48,316 nucleotides of DNA, from the NCBI GenBank assembly GCA_045863295.1, contig BTWA01000038.1, positions 1-48,316 on the forward strand, in the 5' to 3' direction. A program made the position numbers and the translations under genes. This document shows, piece by piece, positions 26,703 through 35,968 of this stretch. How positions within the stretch are numbered: position 1 is the stretch's first letter; each line of letters starts with the position of its first letter. The notes under the pieces were generated by a model. That model was not told the origin of the DNA. It searched no databases and saw only the letters and a program-made list of their open reading frames with translations. This DNA comes from Candidatus Hydrogenedentota bacterium. Its GTDB lineage: Bacteria > Hydrogenedentota > Hydrogenedentia > Hydrogenedentales > SLHB01.

Positions 26703-28628
26703 ATGGCGGCCGACGCGGGCCCAGGGGTTGAACACGTCATGAAAGAAAATGCCTTCAGAATTGCAGGTTTGTTCATCTTGCTCCTGTGCGTCAGTGGCGG
26801 TCTCTATTTGGCGTTGCTTGGTGCCGGCATGCCAGAAGACATCCTTAGGCTCGTGGCCGTAGCGTTGTTGGGTCTCCTGTCGGGTGGAACTGTCTTCCTG
26901 ATTGCCCGCCTTGTCTCCAAGGGCACGGTAAAAGTCGACTTCGTCGTATCCACTGTTGTTGGCCTTATAACAACATTTGCCGGTTTCTTCTTTGTCCCGG
27001 CAGCCGACTCTGATCCCGTTCCACCGCCTCCAATCGGAGACAACACCGTAGTCAAAGAAAACACCATTCAGCCCCCGGCCCCACCACAGTACCTAGTTCT
27101 TACCATGGGCGTAACCCACTACAAGGAAGGCGGCTCTCTGAAAGCGGGCGAATCGGATGCGAACCTAATTGGAGGCCTGCTAGGACGTCGTCCCGGCGTG
27201 CGTGTGCGTCCATTACTTGGCGCTCATTGCACAAAGAGCGGGATTGAACGGTTCATTGCCGAACAACTCGCCACGGCCGGCGACAACACCATACTCATCG
27301 TCTTTATCTCCATGAGGGGGGTGAGCTATACGCACGATCAAGCGTCTGGATATCTCATTCCCTTTGACGCCCCAATTGACGAATCCACGGAGTTCCCTTT
27401 TGTTCGGTCACAGGGATATAAGATTCTGGCGCTATTGCAGGCGATTCATGCAAGCAATGTCAGCAGAGCTCTGGTAATGGTGGATTCCTGCAACGGGTAT
27501 TTTCGCAACTTTGATGAAACGGAACGCGCGTCCACGGCGAATCCCCGCAAGAATGTTTATGTGGTAGCCGGACCAAGAGAAGGTTGGCAGACTGAGTCGA
27601 TGGAGCAAACGCAAGGGTCACTAGCTGTGGCCGTCCAGAAATTGTTGGAGAAAGGCCTCCCTATGAATTGCACCCAACTCGGCCCAGAAGTGTATACCCA
27701 AATACTCGAAGCATATTCAGAGACACTCCCGGCAAGGCTATATCCATGGCACGGGTTCTGGAGCGGTAATCAGGACTTTTCCCTCCCCGGGATTGCCCAG
27801 GCCAAGGTCTTTCCCCAACATGAGACACTTCCATCGCCACTTCCCATCTTCGTACTCGCATCAAGTCTTGGGGCGGCCACATCCTCCACAACATCCGTGG
27901 AACCGGAAGAAAACGGCCCATCGACGGGCGGATATATTCCAACCATTCCGGAATTTAGTTCGGTATCCCTTCCACCGGAGATTCATGAACAAGTTGTTAG
28001 CCTGCAGCGCGACCCATCCGGAGCGATACACGAGGAAGTCATTGCCTCGGCAAAACAGATGCTCGAACAAGACTCGGCGAATCCATTTGGGCACTATCTA
28101 CTTGCGCACGCCTACAGTGATAACGAAGCCACCGTACCTGACGCGCTATCTCATGCTCGTATCGCGGCCCAACTCGAACCCTTGTTGGGAGGTGCCTATG
28201 GTTTAATGGGCTATTGTGAGGCAAAGTTGGGGCATTTTGAGGCGGCGATCGAAGCCGCTGATGAATCCGTGAGACTCTTGCCCGATGACCCAAATGCATG
28301 GAACGGACTTGGGTACGCGTTGCGCAAGTGCGGAGAGTCTCCAGATTCTCAATTGAGCTCTTCGGCCAAGGAAAAGCTATTCCAAGACGCCATTATCACC
28401 TTGAATCGGGCAATTTCACTCTCCGGAGGTCTGGAGGGACTGGAGGGTGAGTTGGTGGGTGCCTATTACTTCAACCGGGGCAGATGCTTCCACGGTCTTA
28501 AGATGTACACAGAGGCGATACAGGATTACGAAAAGAGTCTGGAATACAAAGCATCGCGAGGGATAAAGAATCTTCGGATAGATTCCCTAGCGGCAGCAAG
28601 AGCTAAAGTTCAGCCACCAACACAGTAA
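26703..28628 (+). CDS. Membrane-anchored caspase-like (C14) domain plus TPR protein, catalytic His apparently lost
   Basis: Three N-terminal TM segments. Caspase-fold pattern LTMGVTHY..L...SDA, T..GI, IVFISMRG (normally FSGHG), GYLIPFD, VDSC. C-terminal TPRs (AWNGLG, YYFNRG). Confidence 0.75.
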   Translation: MAADAGPGVEHVMKENAFRIAGLFILLLCVSGGLYLALLGAGMPEDILRLVAVALLGLLSGGTVFLIARLVSKGTVKVDFVVSTVVGLITTFAGFFFVPAADSDPVPPPPIGDNTVVKENTIQPPAPPQYLVLTMGVTHYKEGGSLKAGESDANLIGGLLGRRPGVRVRPLLGAHCTKSGIERFIAEQLATAGDNTILIVFISMRGVSYTHDQASGYLIPFDAPIDESTEFPFVRSQGYKILALLQAIHASNVSRALVMVDSCNGYFRNFDETERASTANPRKNVYVVAGPREGWQTESMEQTQGSLAVAVQKLLEKGLPMNCTQLGPEVYTQILEAYSETLPARLYPWHGFWSGNQDFSLPGIAQAKVFPQHETLPSPLPIFVLASSLGAATSSTTSVEPEENGPSTGGYIPTIPEFSSVSLPPEIHEQVVSLQRDPSGAIHEEVIASAKQMLEQDSANPFGHYLLAHAYSDNEATVPDALSHARIAAQLEPLLGGAYGLMGYCEAKLGHFEAAIEAADESVRLLPDDPNAWNGLGYALRKCGESPDSQLSSSAKEKLFQDAIITLNRAISLSGGLEGLEGELVGAYYFNRGRCFHGLKMYTEAIQDYEKSLEYKASRGIKNLRIDSLAAARAKVQPPTQ

Positions 28629-28844
28629 CCCCAATCGTTTCAGTACAATTAGAAGGGTAACACGTCTGGAGAAAGTGTTTTTTCTTCACTAGTAGTCTCA
28701 TATAGGACAGTTGCAGAAAATCTGCAAGCACTACCCTTGTCTTTGGGGTTGCAAACGCCTCTGTGTCCTTCGACTTGGAATCGGACAGTTAAAGTGAGAA
28801 GTGTCAACACACTGGCAGTTTTGGGGCCATATCAACGCAACGTC

Positions 28845-29474
28845 TTAACAAGACTGGGCCGAAAAGGTGATCCGTACCCCAGATCGAAAGTGACAGATCT
28901 GCTCAATTTGGGTAAGTTGTTTATTTGACGGTATACTCTTGCCCAGTTCCCACCTGGACACTACATGCTGACATGTACCCAAATGCATGCCCAGATCTTC
29001 TTGGCTCAGCCCGGCTAGTTGCCTCGCCTGACGAATGTATTCTCTCAAGCTAACGGGCCGGGCAAGTGGATTGCAGCCCAAGAACGCTGCTATCACATGA
29101 ATGGACCTGTGATCGTGCCGTTTGTCTGATTGGCACTCCCATTTGGAAATTGTCGACGGGTCAACCCCAATTGATTTGGCGGCTTCGGCACCTGACAACC
29201 CTAGCCCCTTCCTGTGTCGACGCAACCTTTCGCCGATGGTTGTACCGACTGGACGCGGATCGTATCCCAGGAATTCCAGGACGGCTGGCCACGCACGAAC
29301 ATTCGGAATCCTTGCTGTAAGTTCCCAAGATTCGATTGTCGCTTTATCTACACCTATAATATCGGCAACTTGCCGCTGGAGCAGGCCCAAATCCATACGA
29401 CGTTTACGAACATGGTCTCCGATGGTTTTGGGTTCTGCAGGGTAATCTGATAGCACAGGTTTTGGCGCACTCAA
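28845..29474 (-). CDS. Triple XRE-HTH DNA-binding protein adjacent to the right att site
   Basis: Three HTH_3 repeats (TIGDHVRKRR...SWE, TIGERLRRHR...KWE, SLREYIRQAR...RWE). TTG start is uncertain. Confidence 0.85.
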   Translation of the reverse strand: MSAPKPVLSDYPAEPKTIGDHVRKRRMDLGLLQRQVADIIGVDKATIESWELTARIPNVRAWPAVLEFLGYDPRPVGTTIGERLRRHRKGLGLSGAEAAKSIGVDPSTISKWECQSDKRHDHRSIHVIAAFLGCNPLARPVSLREYIRQARQLAGLSQEDLGMHLGTCQHVVSRWELGKSIPSNKQLTQIEQICHFRSGVRITFSAQSC

Positions 29475-29532
29475 TCGACGTTTACAGCGCGGAAGCTCAA
29501 AATTGAAGGATGGTATATTGGCAACGCAAATA

Positions 29533-30021
29533 TGCCCATGTGGCTACAGCTCGGATCCCCGGCACCACTGCAGATGCAGTCAGGGCGAAATTCAACGCTA
29601 CATGGCGCGGCTATCCGGGCCGTTGCTGGATCGCATCGACATCCATGCGGAAGTACCGGGCCTGACCTACGAAGAATTGTCCGATCGAAAACCAAGCGGC
29701 ATGTCCAGCGCCGAAGTGCGTTCGCAGGTGCAGTCCGCACGCGATCGCCAGCGCACCCGATACAAGGGACACTTCGCGTGCAACGCGCATCTCGACGGAA
29801 AGTCCGTGCGTGACTACTGCATCCTCGGTGACGGCCCGTCAAAGCTACTGCAGCACGCCATCGAGCACATGGGACTCAGCGCACGGGCCTACGACAAAAT
29901 CCTCCGCGTGGCACGCACCCTCGCGGACTTGGAAAACAAAGATGAAATCGAAGAAGTCCACGTGTCCGAGGCGGTTCAGTATCGGGGCCTCGACCGGGTG
30001 GCACAAACGCAACCTGCGTGA
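29533..30021 (+). pseudogene. comM: Displaced 3' fragment of comM beginning at the attR-like core
   Basis: CPCGY...LSGPLLDRID...LSARAYDK...QYRGLDR. My manual alignment gives about 103 of 155 residues identical to the C-terminus of 21424-22965, with no homology upstream of CPCG. Confidence 0.92.
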
Positions 30022-30114
30022 CGGACTTCCGCGTACGCCCATTACCGAGCAGCTTTGAGTCTTGTATATACGTTCCCTCTCTGACTGTCCCGTTGAAGAA
30101 TACATATTCTGGAG

Positions 30115-30963
30115 ATGCCGATCATGAGAGCCATGTGTACGCTTGCTTTGGTGGTCATTGCAATTGCCAAGGTACATGGAGAGGAGCCGTATCAACTCGA
30201 CCTGAACGTCATTTCACAGCAACCCTCGAGCGTTCCTGTAGAGGAGGTGAATCAATGGCGTCAGATCAAGGTAGTGGAACTCTTCAAGCAAGCCGGAGCT
30301 ACAAGAGTCGTGGAACAGAAAGTCCTGCGAAACGGCACATCCGATATTGGCCTTCCGGTAAAGAATGTCATTGTTCAGCTTGACGGCAAATCAGACGACA
30401 CCATTGTTGTGGGAGCACATTTGGATAAACACCCCAATGGACTCGGCGACGGTGCCGTGGACAACTGGTCCGGGGTCGTGTCGGTCGTCCACCTCTATCG
30501 CGAACTGCGAAAACTGCCCGCACGCGATCACACCTACGTCTTTATCGCATTTGCGTATGAAGAGGATTTACTGTGGGGTTCGAAAACCTATGTCACGAAA
30601 CTGAAACCAAACGAACTGGCCCGCATTCGATATATGGTAAATCTGGAGTGTCTTGGTGTAGCCCATGTGCATATATGGAAAAATGGGTCCGACCCTGCCT
30701 TGATTCAACGGGCCGAAGAACTCGCAGCGGCCAATCGCATTACAGTGGAAAGCCGAAACTTGCCGGACGGCGTCATTTCGGATTCCATCCCTTTCAGTGA
30801 TGAAGGCATTCCCACCATAACGTTTGACTCGCTGCGACAAGAGGATTTTGCACTGCTGCACAGCAAAGACGATCTGCTCGGCAAGGTCGATTCGAATACC
30901 TTGGGGAAGGGAATCGAATTTACACGGCAATACCTGCTGGAGTTGGATCAGCCCAATCCCTGA
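30115..30963 (+). CDS. M28 family metallopeptidase, secreted
   Basis: VGAHLD, GAVDNWSG, AYEE, NLE, SD and LHS..D motifs, with an N-terminal signal. Confidence 0.88.
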   Translation: MPIMRAMCTLALVVIAIAKVHGEEPYQLDLNVISQQPSSVPVEEVNQWRQIKVVELFKQAGATRVVEQKVLRNGTSDIGLPVKNVIVQLDGKSDDTIVVGAHLDKHPNGLGDGAVDNWSGVVSVVHLYRELRKLPARDHTYVFIAFAYEEDLLWGSKTYVTKLKPNELARIRYMVNLECLGVAHVHIWKNGSDPALIQRAEELAAANRITVESRNLPDGVISDSIPFSDEGIPTITFDSLRQEDFALLHSKDDLLGKVDSNTLGKGIEFTRQYLLELDQPNP

Positions 30964-31001
30964 CTCTCCACGCAATTTCGCAAGAAATCGACCGCTGTGC
31001 T

Positions 31002-34000
31002 ATGCTCCTCTCGGTCGTATCCGCTCCAAAGGATGCAATAGTTGTGGCTCGAATTGTCTGTCAAATTGCTTGCCTAAGTCTCATGCTGACCGTCGTACTG
31101 GGTCTGTTTCCCGGTGTCTCCATCGCATTCTCCGACGAAACTACGCCTCCTGCATTTCCCCCTGAGGCCATCGAATACTTCGAAACCCGGATCCGTCCCG
31201 TACTAGCGGAACACTGTTATTCCTGCCATGGGCCCGAAACTCAGAAAATGGGGCTGCGCCTCGACAGCCGCACATCCATACTCAAAGGCGGCGAGTCCGG
31301 ACCGGCGCTCGTCGCGGGTACTCCCGAATCGAGCCTGATTGTACAAGTCATCCAATACACGGGCACTGTCACCATGCCGCCGAAAGGCAAATTGGACGAA
31401 GCACAAATCGAAGCCATCCGCGAGTGGGTTCGACTCGGTGCGCCTTGGCCCGAAGGCGAGCAAAAGGCAACAGAAACAGCGGAACACGCATGGGAAGAGC
31501 GTTTCGCTGAGGCTCGCGCAAGCCATTGGGCGTTTCAGCCCGTCACACGCCCCAATCCCCCTGCCGTACCAATGGAAATGGCCGGACTATCTCCAGTCGA
31601 TCGATTCTTGCGCGCGAAACTCGACGCTGCGGGCTTGGCCCCGTCACCGCCGGCAGAACGACGCACCCTGCTGCGGCGCGCTACATTCGACCTTACGGGA
31701 CTTCCTCCCACACCAGAGGAAACGGAGGCCTTTGTAAGCGATCCCAGCGCGAATGCCTACGAGAATCTCATTGACCGCCTCTTGGCCTCGCCTCGCTACG
31801 GCGAACGCTGGGCCCGATACTGGCTCGATATCGCCCGCTATAGCGATACCAAGGGATATGTTTTTCAGGAAGAGCGCGCGTTTCCCTATTCGCATACGTA
31901 TCGGGACTACGTCATCCGCGCATTCAATGAGGATATGCCGTACGACCAGTTCATAAAGCAGCAAATCGCCGCGGACCAGATGGAACTCCCTGACAGGCGC
32001 AACCTGGCCGCCACCGGGTTTCTCGGTGTGGGCCGCAAATTCGTCGGAAATATTCACGATCAGATCGACGACAAAATTGACGTCGTTACAAGGGGAATGC
32101 TGGGATTGACCGTTTCATGCGCCCGTTGTCACGACCACAAGTACGACCCGATTCCCGCTGCCGACTACTACTCCCTCTACGGTATATTCCGAAGCACAAC
32201 AGAACCAGCCGAACTGCCACTCATTGAAGATCCGAAACCGGACGATCCCGGGTATCAAAGCTACCTGCAACAAGTGGCGCAAGCCGAAGCGGCCCTCGAA
32301 CAACTCATGGATGACTTGCATGTTGAGTTGCTCACCCATGCCCGAGACAAGGCTGCCGACTATCTTCTCACCGCACAGGAAACAATAGAACTGAAAGACG
32401 ACGAGGCTTTTCGGCGTTTGTCCGGTGAACGGAGCCTTCGTTGGCAATTGACCGATCGTTGGCGCAACGACCTCAAGGAACGATCTGCCCGGCACGACCC
32501 CGTATTCGCGCCATGGTTCGCCTTTGCCGCGCTCCCCACGGAAGGGTTCGCGGATCAGGCCACTGCGCTGGTGGCATTGGTCAGTGCCAATAAAATGGAA
32601 ACCGGCCCCATCAACACGCGAATTGCAGCCGCCTTTGCCGACGCCAAACCACAGAATCTCGCGGATGTGGCGAACCGGTATCGCGCAGTCTTTGATGAGG
32701 TCTCAAAACTATGGGCCGATCGACTTGCCGCGCGTTCTCAATGGGCCGCGCGCGAGGACAAACCCCTGCCATGGCCCGATGGACTGACAGACACGGACGC
32801 AGAGGCCATCAGGCAAGTCTTGTACGGCGCCGCCAGCGTCGCCAATGTGCCGCGGGGAGATGTCTTTGATTTAAACGATGTACCCACCCAAGGCCGCATA
32901 CGCGAAAAGCGAAACGCGATTGCACGGGTTATGGGCACCCATCCCAACCGGCCCGCGCGCGCCATGGCGGTCCAGGACGCCGAAAAACCATTCGACCCAT
33001 ACATATTCAAGCGCGGCAAGCCAGACCAAAAGGGCGACAAGGTCCCTCGCCAATTCCTCGGGGTGATAAGCGCAGTCGATCGCAAGCCTTTCGAAAAGGG
33101 TAGCGGTCGGCTCGAACTCGCGGAAGCAATCGCAAGCACTAATAATCCCCTCACCGCGCGAGTCATCGTCAATCGTGTTTGGATGTATCACTTCGGTCAG
33201 CCACTCGTCGACTCCACCAGCGATTTCGGCGTGAGAAGCGCGCCCCCAACGCACCCTGAATTGATGGATTACCTGGCGGCTGAATTCATGGACAACGGTT
33301 GGTCTATCAAGAAACTTCACCGGGCGATCATGCTGACCGAAGCCTACCGCCAATCCAGCACATACCGCCCGGAGGCCGCGTCAATTGATCCCGAGAACAA
33401 ACTTATTTGGCGGCAAAACCGGCAGAGACTCGATTTCGAAGCCATGCGAGATGCCATTCTGGCCTCCTCTGGAAATATCGACCTGAGCATGGGCGGGCCT
33501 TCCGTCGATATCACCAACCCGCCTCATACAACGCGGCGCAGCGTATACAGCTACATTGAACGCCAGAATCTTCCCGCCTTGTTCCGCACGTTCGATTTTG
33601 CAAGCCCGGATACGCACAGCCCCCGCCGATTCAGAACTACCGTGCCGCAACAAGCACTGTACTTAATGAACGGACCGTTCCTTGTCGATCAGGCGCGAGT
33701 CCTTGCGACACGTAGTACTCAATCAGCAAACGATCCGGACGGACAGATACAGGCGATATACCAATTCGCCTATCAACGCTGCCCTGACGAAGACGAAGTG
33801 GCACTGGCGAAGGTCTTCCTGGAGCAACAAGCGGCCAAACCCGCGCCGGTGCCCCCTTGGAAGTACGGCTACGGTTCCGTGAGCGTGGAGGAAAATCGGG
33901 TAACATCGTTTTCTCTCTTTCCATTCTTTGGCTCAAACACATGGAAGGGCGGCGATGCCATCCCCGATCCAACCCTTGGATGGGCCATGATAACGGACGG

Positions 34001-34439
34001 AGGCGGACACCCGGGTGGGGCTTCCACACAGTGCACAATCTTGCGATGGACCGCGACGGATAACGGAGTGGCGGAGGTCAAAGGCGCTCTGAAACACGGC
34101 TCAGATCAGGGCGACGGTGTGACAGGTTTTGCTGTGTCAAGCCGCGGAGGCATTCGCTGGAACTCGACGGTATTCAACGGGGAATCCGAATCTCATGTGG
34201 AGGGTATCGAAGTCGCCGCCGGCGATACCATCGACTTCGTTGTCGCGGCCGGTGCCAATGAATCCTTCGACTCCTATGAATGGACTCCGAGAATCGTCTT
34301 GCGAACTTCAGATGGCGCACCGATAGGTGAATGGGAATCGAAGAAGGAATTCGCAGGTCCTCCACCGGTGCCGCTCACGCCGTGGGAACAGTATGCACAA
34401 GTCCTGCTCATGACAAACGAGTTCCTGTTTGTGGATTAA
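31002..34439 (+). CDS. Planctomycete cytochrome c / DUF1549 / DUF1553 (PSD1) protein
   Basis: FETRIRPVLAEHCYSCHG, HWAFQP, YGERWARYWLD.ARY, CARCHDHKYDP, NPLTARV.VNRVW and PQQAL.LMN motifs. Exact start is uncertain. Confidence 0.92.
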   Translation: MLLSVVSAPKDAIVVARIVCQIACLSLMLTVVLGLFPGVSIAFSDETTPPAFPPEAIEYFETRIRPVLAEHCYSCHGPETQKMGLRLDSRTSILKGGESGPALVAGTPESSLIVQVIQYTGTVTMPPKGKLDEAQIEAIREWVRLGAPWPEGEQKATETAEHAWEERFAEARASHWAFQPVTRPNPPAVPMEMAGLSPVDRFLRAKLDAAGLAPSPPAERRTLLRRATFDLTGLPPTPEETEAFVSDPSANAYENLIDRLLASPRYGERWARYWLDIARYSDTKGYVFQEERAFPYSHTYRDYVIRAFNEDMPYDQFIKQQIAADQMELPDRRNLAATGFLGVGRKFVGNIHDQIDDKIDVVTRGMLGLTVSCARCHDHKYDPIPAADYYSLYGIFRSTTEPAELPLIEDPKPDDPGYQSYLQQVAQAEAALEQLMDDLHVELLTHARDKAADYLLTAQETIELKDDEAFRRLSGERSLRWQLTDRWRNDLKERSARHDPVFAPWFAFAALPTEGFADQATALVALVSANKMETGPINTRIAAAFADAKPQNLADVANRYRAVFDEVSKLWADRLAARSQWAAREDKPLPWPDGLTDTDAEAIRQVLYGAASVANVPRGDVFDLNDVPTQGRIREKRNAIARVMGTHPNRPARAMAVQDAEKPFDPYIFKRGKPDQKGDKVPRQFLGVISAVDRKPFEKGSGRLELAEAIASTNNPLTARVIVNRVWMYHFGQPLVDSTSDFGVRSAPPTHPELMDYLAAEFMDNGWSIKKLHRAIMLTEAYRQSSTYRPEAASIDPENKLIWRQNRQRLDFEAMRDAILASSGNIDLSMGGPSVDITNPPHTTRRSVYSYIERQNLPALFRTFDFASPDTHSPRRFRTTVPQQALYLMNGPFLVDQARVLATRSTQSANDPDGQIQAIYQFAYQRCPDEDEVALAKVFLEQQAAKPAPVPPWKYGYGSVSVEENRVTSFSLFPFFGSNTWKGGDAIPDPTLGWAMITDGGGHPGGASTQCTILRWTATDNGVAEVKGALKHGSDQGDGVTGFAVSSRGGIRWNSTVFNGESESHVEGIEVAAGDTIDFVVAAGANESFDSYEWTPRIVLRTSDGAPIGEWESKKEFAGPPPVPLTPWEQYAQVLLMTNEFLFVD

Positions 34440-34510
34440 TGGAACCAGCTTGCCCGATTTACTCTCGCAACCTATACTAGGATCTGTACCAGGAGGTCGG
34501 AACTACAGCC

Positions 34511-35968
34511 ATGAACCATCACGCACTCACGCCCGACGACTGCATCCTGAACCGGCGCGATTTTCTCCGCCGCACGGGCATGGGTTTTGGCGCGATGGGC
34601 CTCGCAACGCTATTGGGATCGTCAGGCACGCTTGGGGAAGCACAGGCGCAAGCCTCTTCCGCCACCCAAGCCATGGCCCCGAGGATGCCCCACTTTCCGG
34701 CCCGCGCGAAACGCGTCGTACACATCTTTCTGAACGGCGGTCTCTCCCACGTCGATTCTTGGGATCCCAAACCGGCACTGGAAAAATACGCCGGCCAAAA
34801 ACTACCCGTGGAAAACCTGCGCACCGAACGCCCCACCGGCGCGGCCATGCCCTCGCCGTTCGCGTTTAAACCCTACGGCCAAAGCGGCATTCCGGTCAGC
34901 GATCTGTTTGCAAAGACTGCCCAATGCGTCGACGATATCTGCGTCATTCGCTCCATGTACGCCGACGTACCGAATCACGAGCCGTCACTTCTGCTGATGA
35001 ACTGCGGAGAAGCGCGCCTCATCCGCCCCAGCGTCGGCTCCTGGGTAACATACGGCCTGGGTACGGAAAATCAGAACCTGCCCGGATTCATCTCCATGTG
35101 CCCGAACGGCTATCCCATCCAGGAATCTCAGAACTGGCAGTCGGGCTTCCTGCCCGGCATATACCAAGGCGCCTATATCGATACCAAACACACTGAAATC
35201 GAAGACCTTATAGAAAACATCAGAAACAATTATGTATCGAAAGACGCTCAAAGAGGCCAACTCGACCTGCTGAATACACTCAACGCACGCCATCAGGCCG
35301 CCCGTCAGGATGACCTCGAGGTAGAAGCCCGAATACAATCGTTCGAACTCGCCTACCGCATGCAACTGGATGCAACCGACGCGTTCGACATCCGCAAGGA
35401 GCCGCCCTACATCCGAAAAATGTACGGCGAGGGAGTGCATGCCCGGCAATTGCTTATTACGCGTCGTTTGCTTGAACGCGGTGTTCGCTTTGTACAGGTG
35501 TGGCACGGACAAGGCCAGCCGTGGGACAACCATGACGATCTGGAAATCAATCACAAAAAACTCGCAGATCAATGCGACCAACCCATCGCCGCCCTGCTGA
35601 AAGATCTCAAACAACGCGGCATGCTCGAAGATACGCTCGTAATCTGCTGCGGCGAGTTTGGCCGCACACCGACCGTCGAATTGCCCACCCCGGGCGCCAA
35701 CGCCGGCAAGATAAATGGCCGCGACCACAATCACTATGGATTTACGGTCTGGATGGCCGGCGGAGGCGTCAAAGGCGGCACCATCTACGGCGCAACTGAC
35801 GAATTCGGATTCCAGGCCGTGGAAAACCGCATGCACGTGCACGACCTGCATGCCACGATGCTATACCTGCTCGGATTCGACCACGAGAAATTCACCTACC
35901 GCTATGCCGGCCGCGATTTCCGCCTTACTGACGTACACGGAAACGTCGTTCACGATATCATCGCCTAG
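34511..35968 (+). CDS. DUF1501 family protein with Tat signal
   Basis: NRRDFL twin-arginine motif, AKRV..IFL.GG.SH.D..DPKP, ERGVRFVQ, WD.H, GEFGRTP and GRDH. Usual partner of DUF1553 genes. Confidence 0.93.
   Translation: MNHHALTPDDCILNRRDFLRRTGMGFGAMGLATLLGSSGTLGEAQAQASSATQAMAPRMPHFPARAKRVVHIFLNGGLSHVDSWDPKPALEKYAGQKLPVENLRTERPTGAAMPSPFAFKPYGQSGIPVSDLFAKTAQCVDDICVIRSMYADVPNHEPSLLLMNCGEARLIRPSVGSWVTYGLGTENQNLPGFISMCPNGYPIQESQNWQSGFLPGIYQGAYIDTKHTEIEDLIENIRNNYVSKDAQRGQLDLLNTLNARHQAARQDDLEVEARIQSFELAYRMQLDATDAFDIRKEPPYIRKMYGEGVHARQLLITRRLLERGVRFVQVWHGQGQPWDNHDDLEINHKKLADQCDQPIAALLKDLKQRGMLEDTLVICCGEFGRTPTVELPTPGANAGKINGRDHNHYGFTVWMAGGGVKGGTIYGATDEFGFQAVENRMHVHDLHATMLYLLGFDHEKFTYRYAGRDFRLTDVHGNVVHDIIA

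Larger units (their letters stand above)
22483..29540. mobile_element. ~7.05 kb genomic island integrated in comM at the CPCG codons; no integrase gene inside
   Basis: Direct repeat TGCCCATG at 22483-22490 and 29533-29540. comM homology restarts exactly at the second copy. The cargo genes are unrelated to comM. Confidence 0.85.

Noticed and set aside
29503..29532. ORF-track N-terminus MKDGILATQI as a real start for a short ComM protein
   Set aside because: These codons are island sequence upstream of the att core with no comM homology, and the fragment lacks the Walker motifs.
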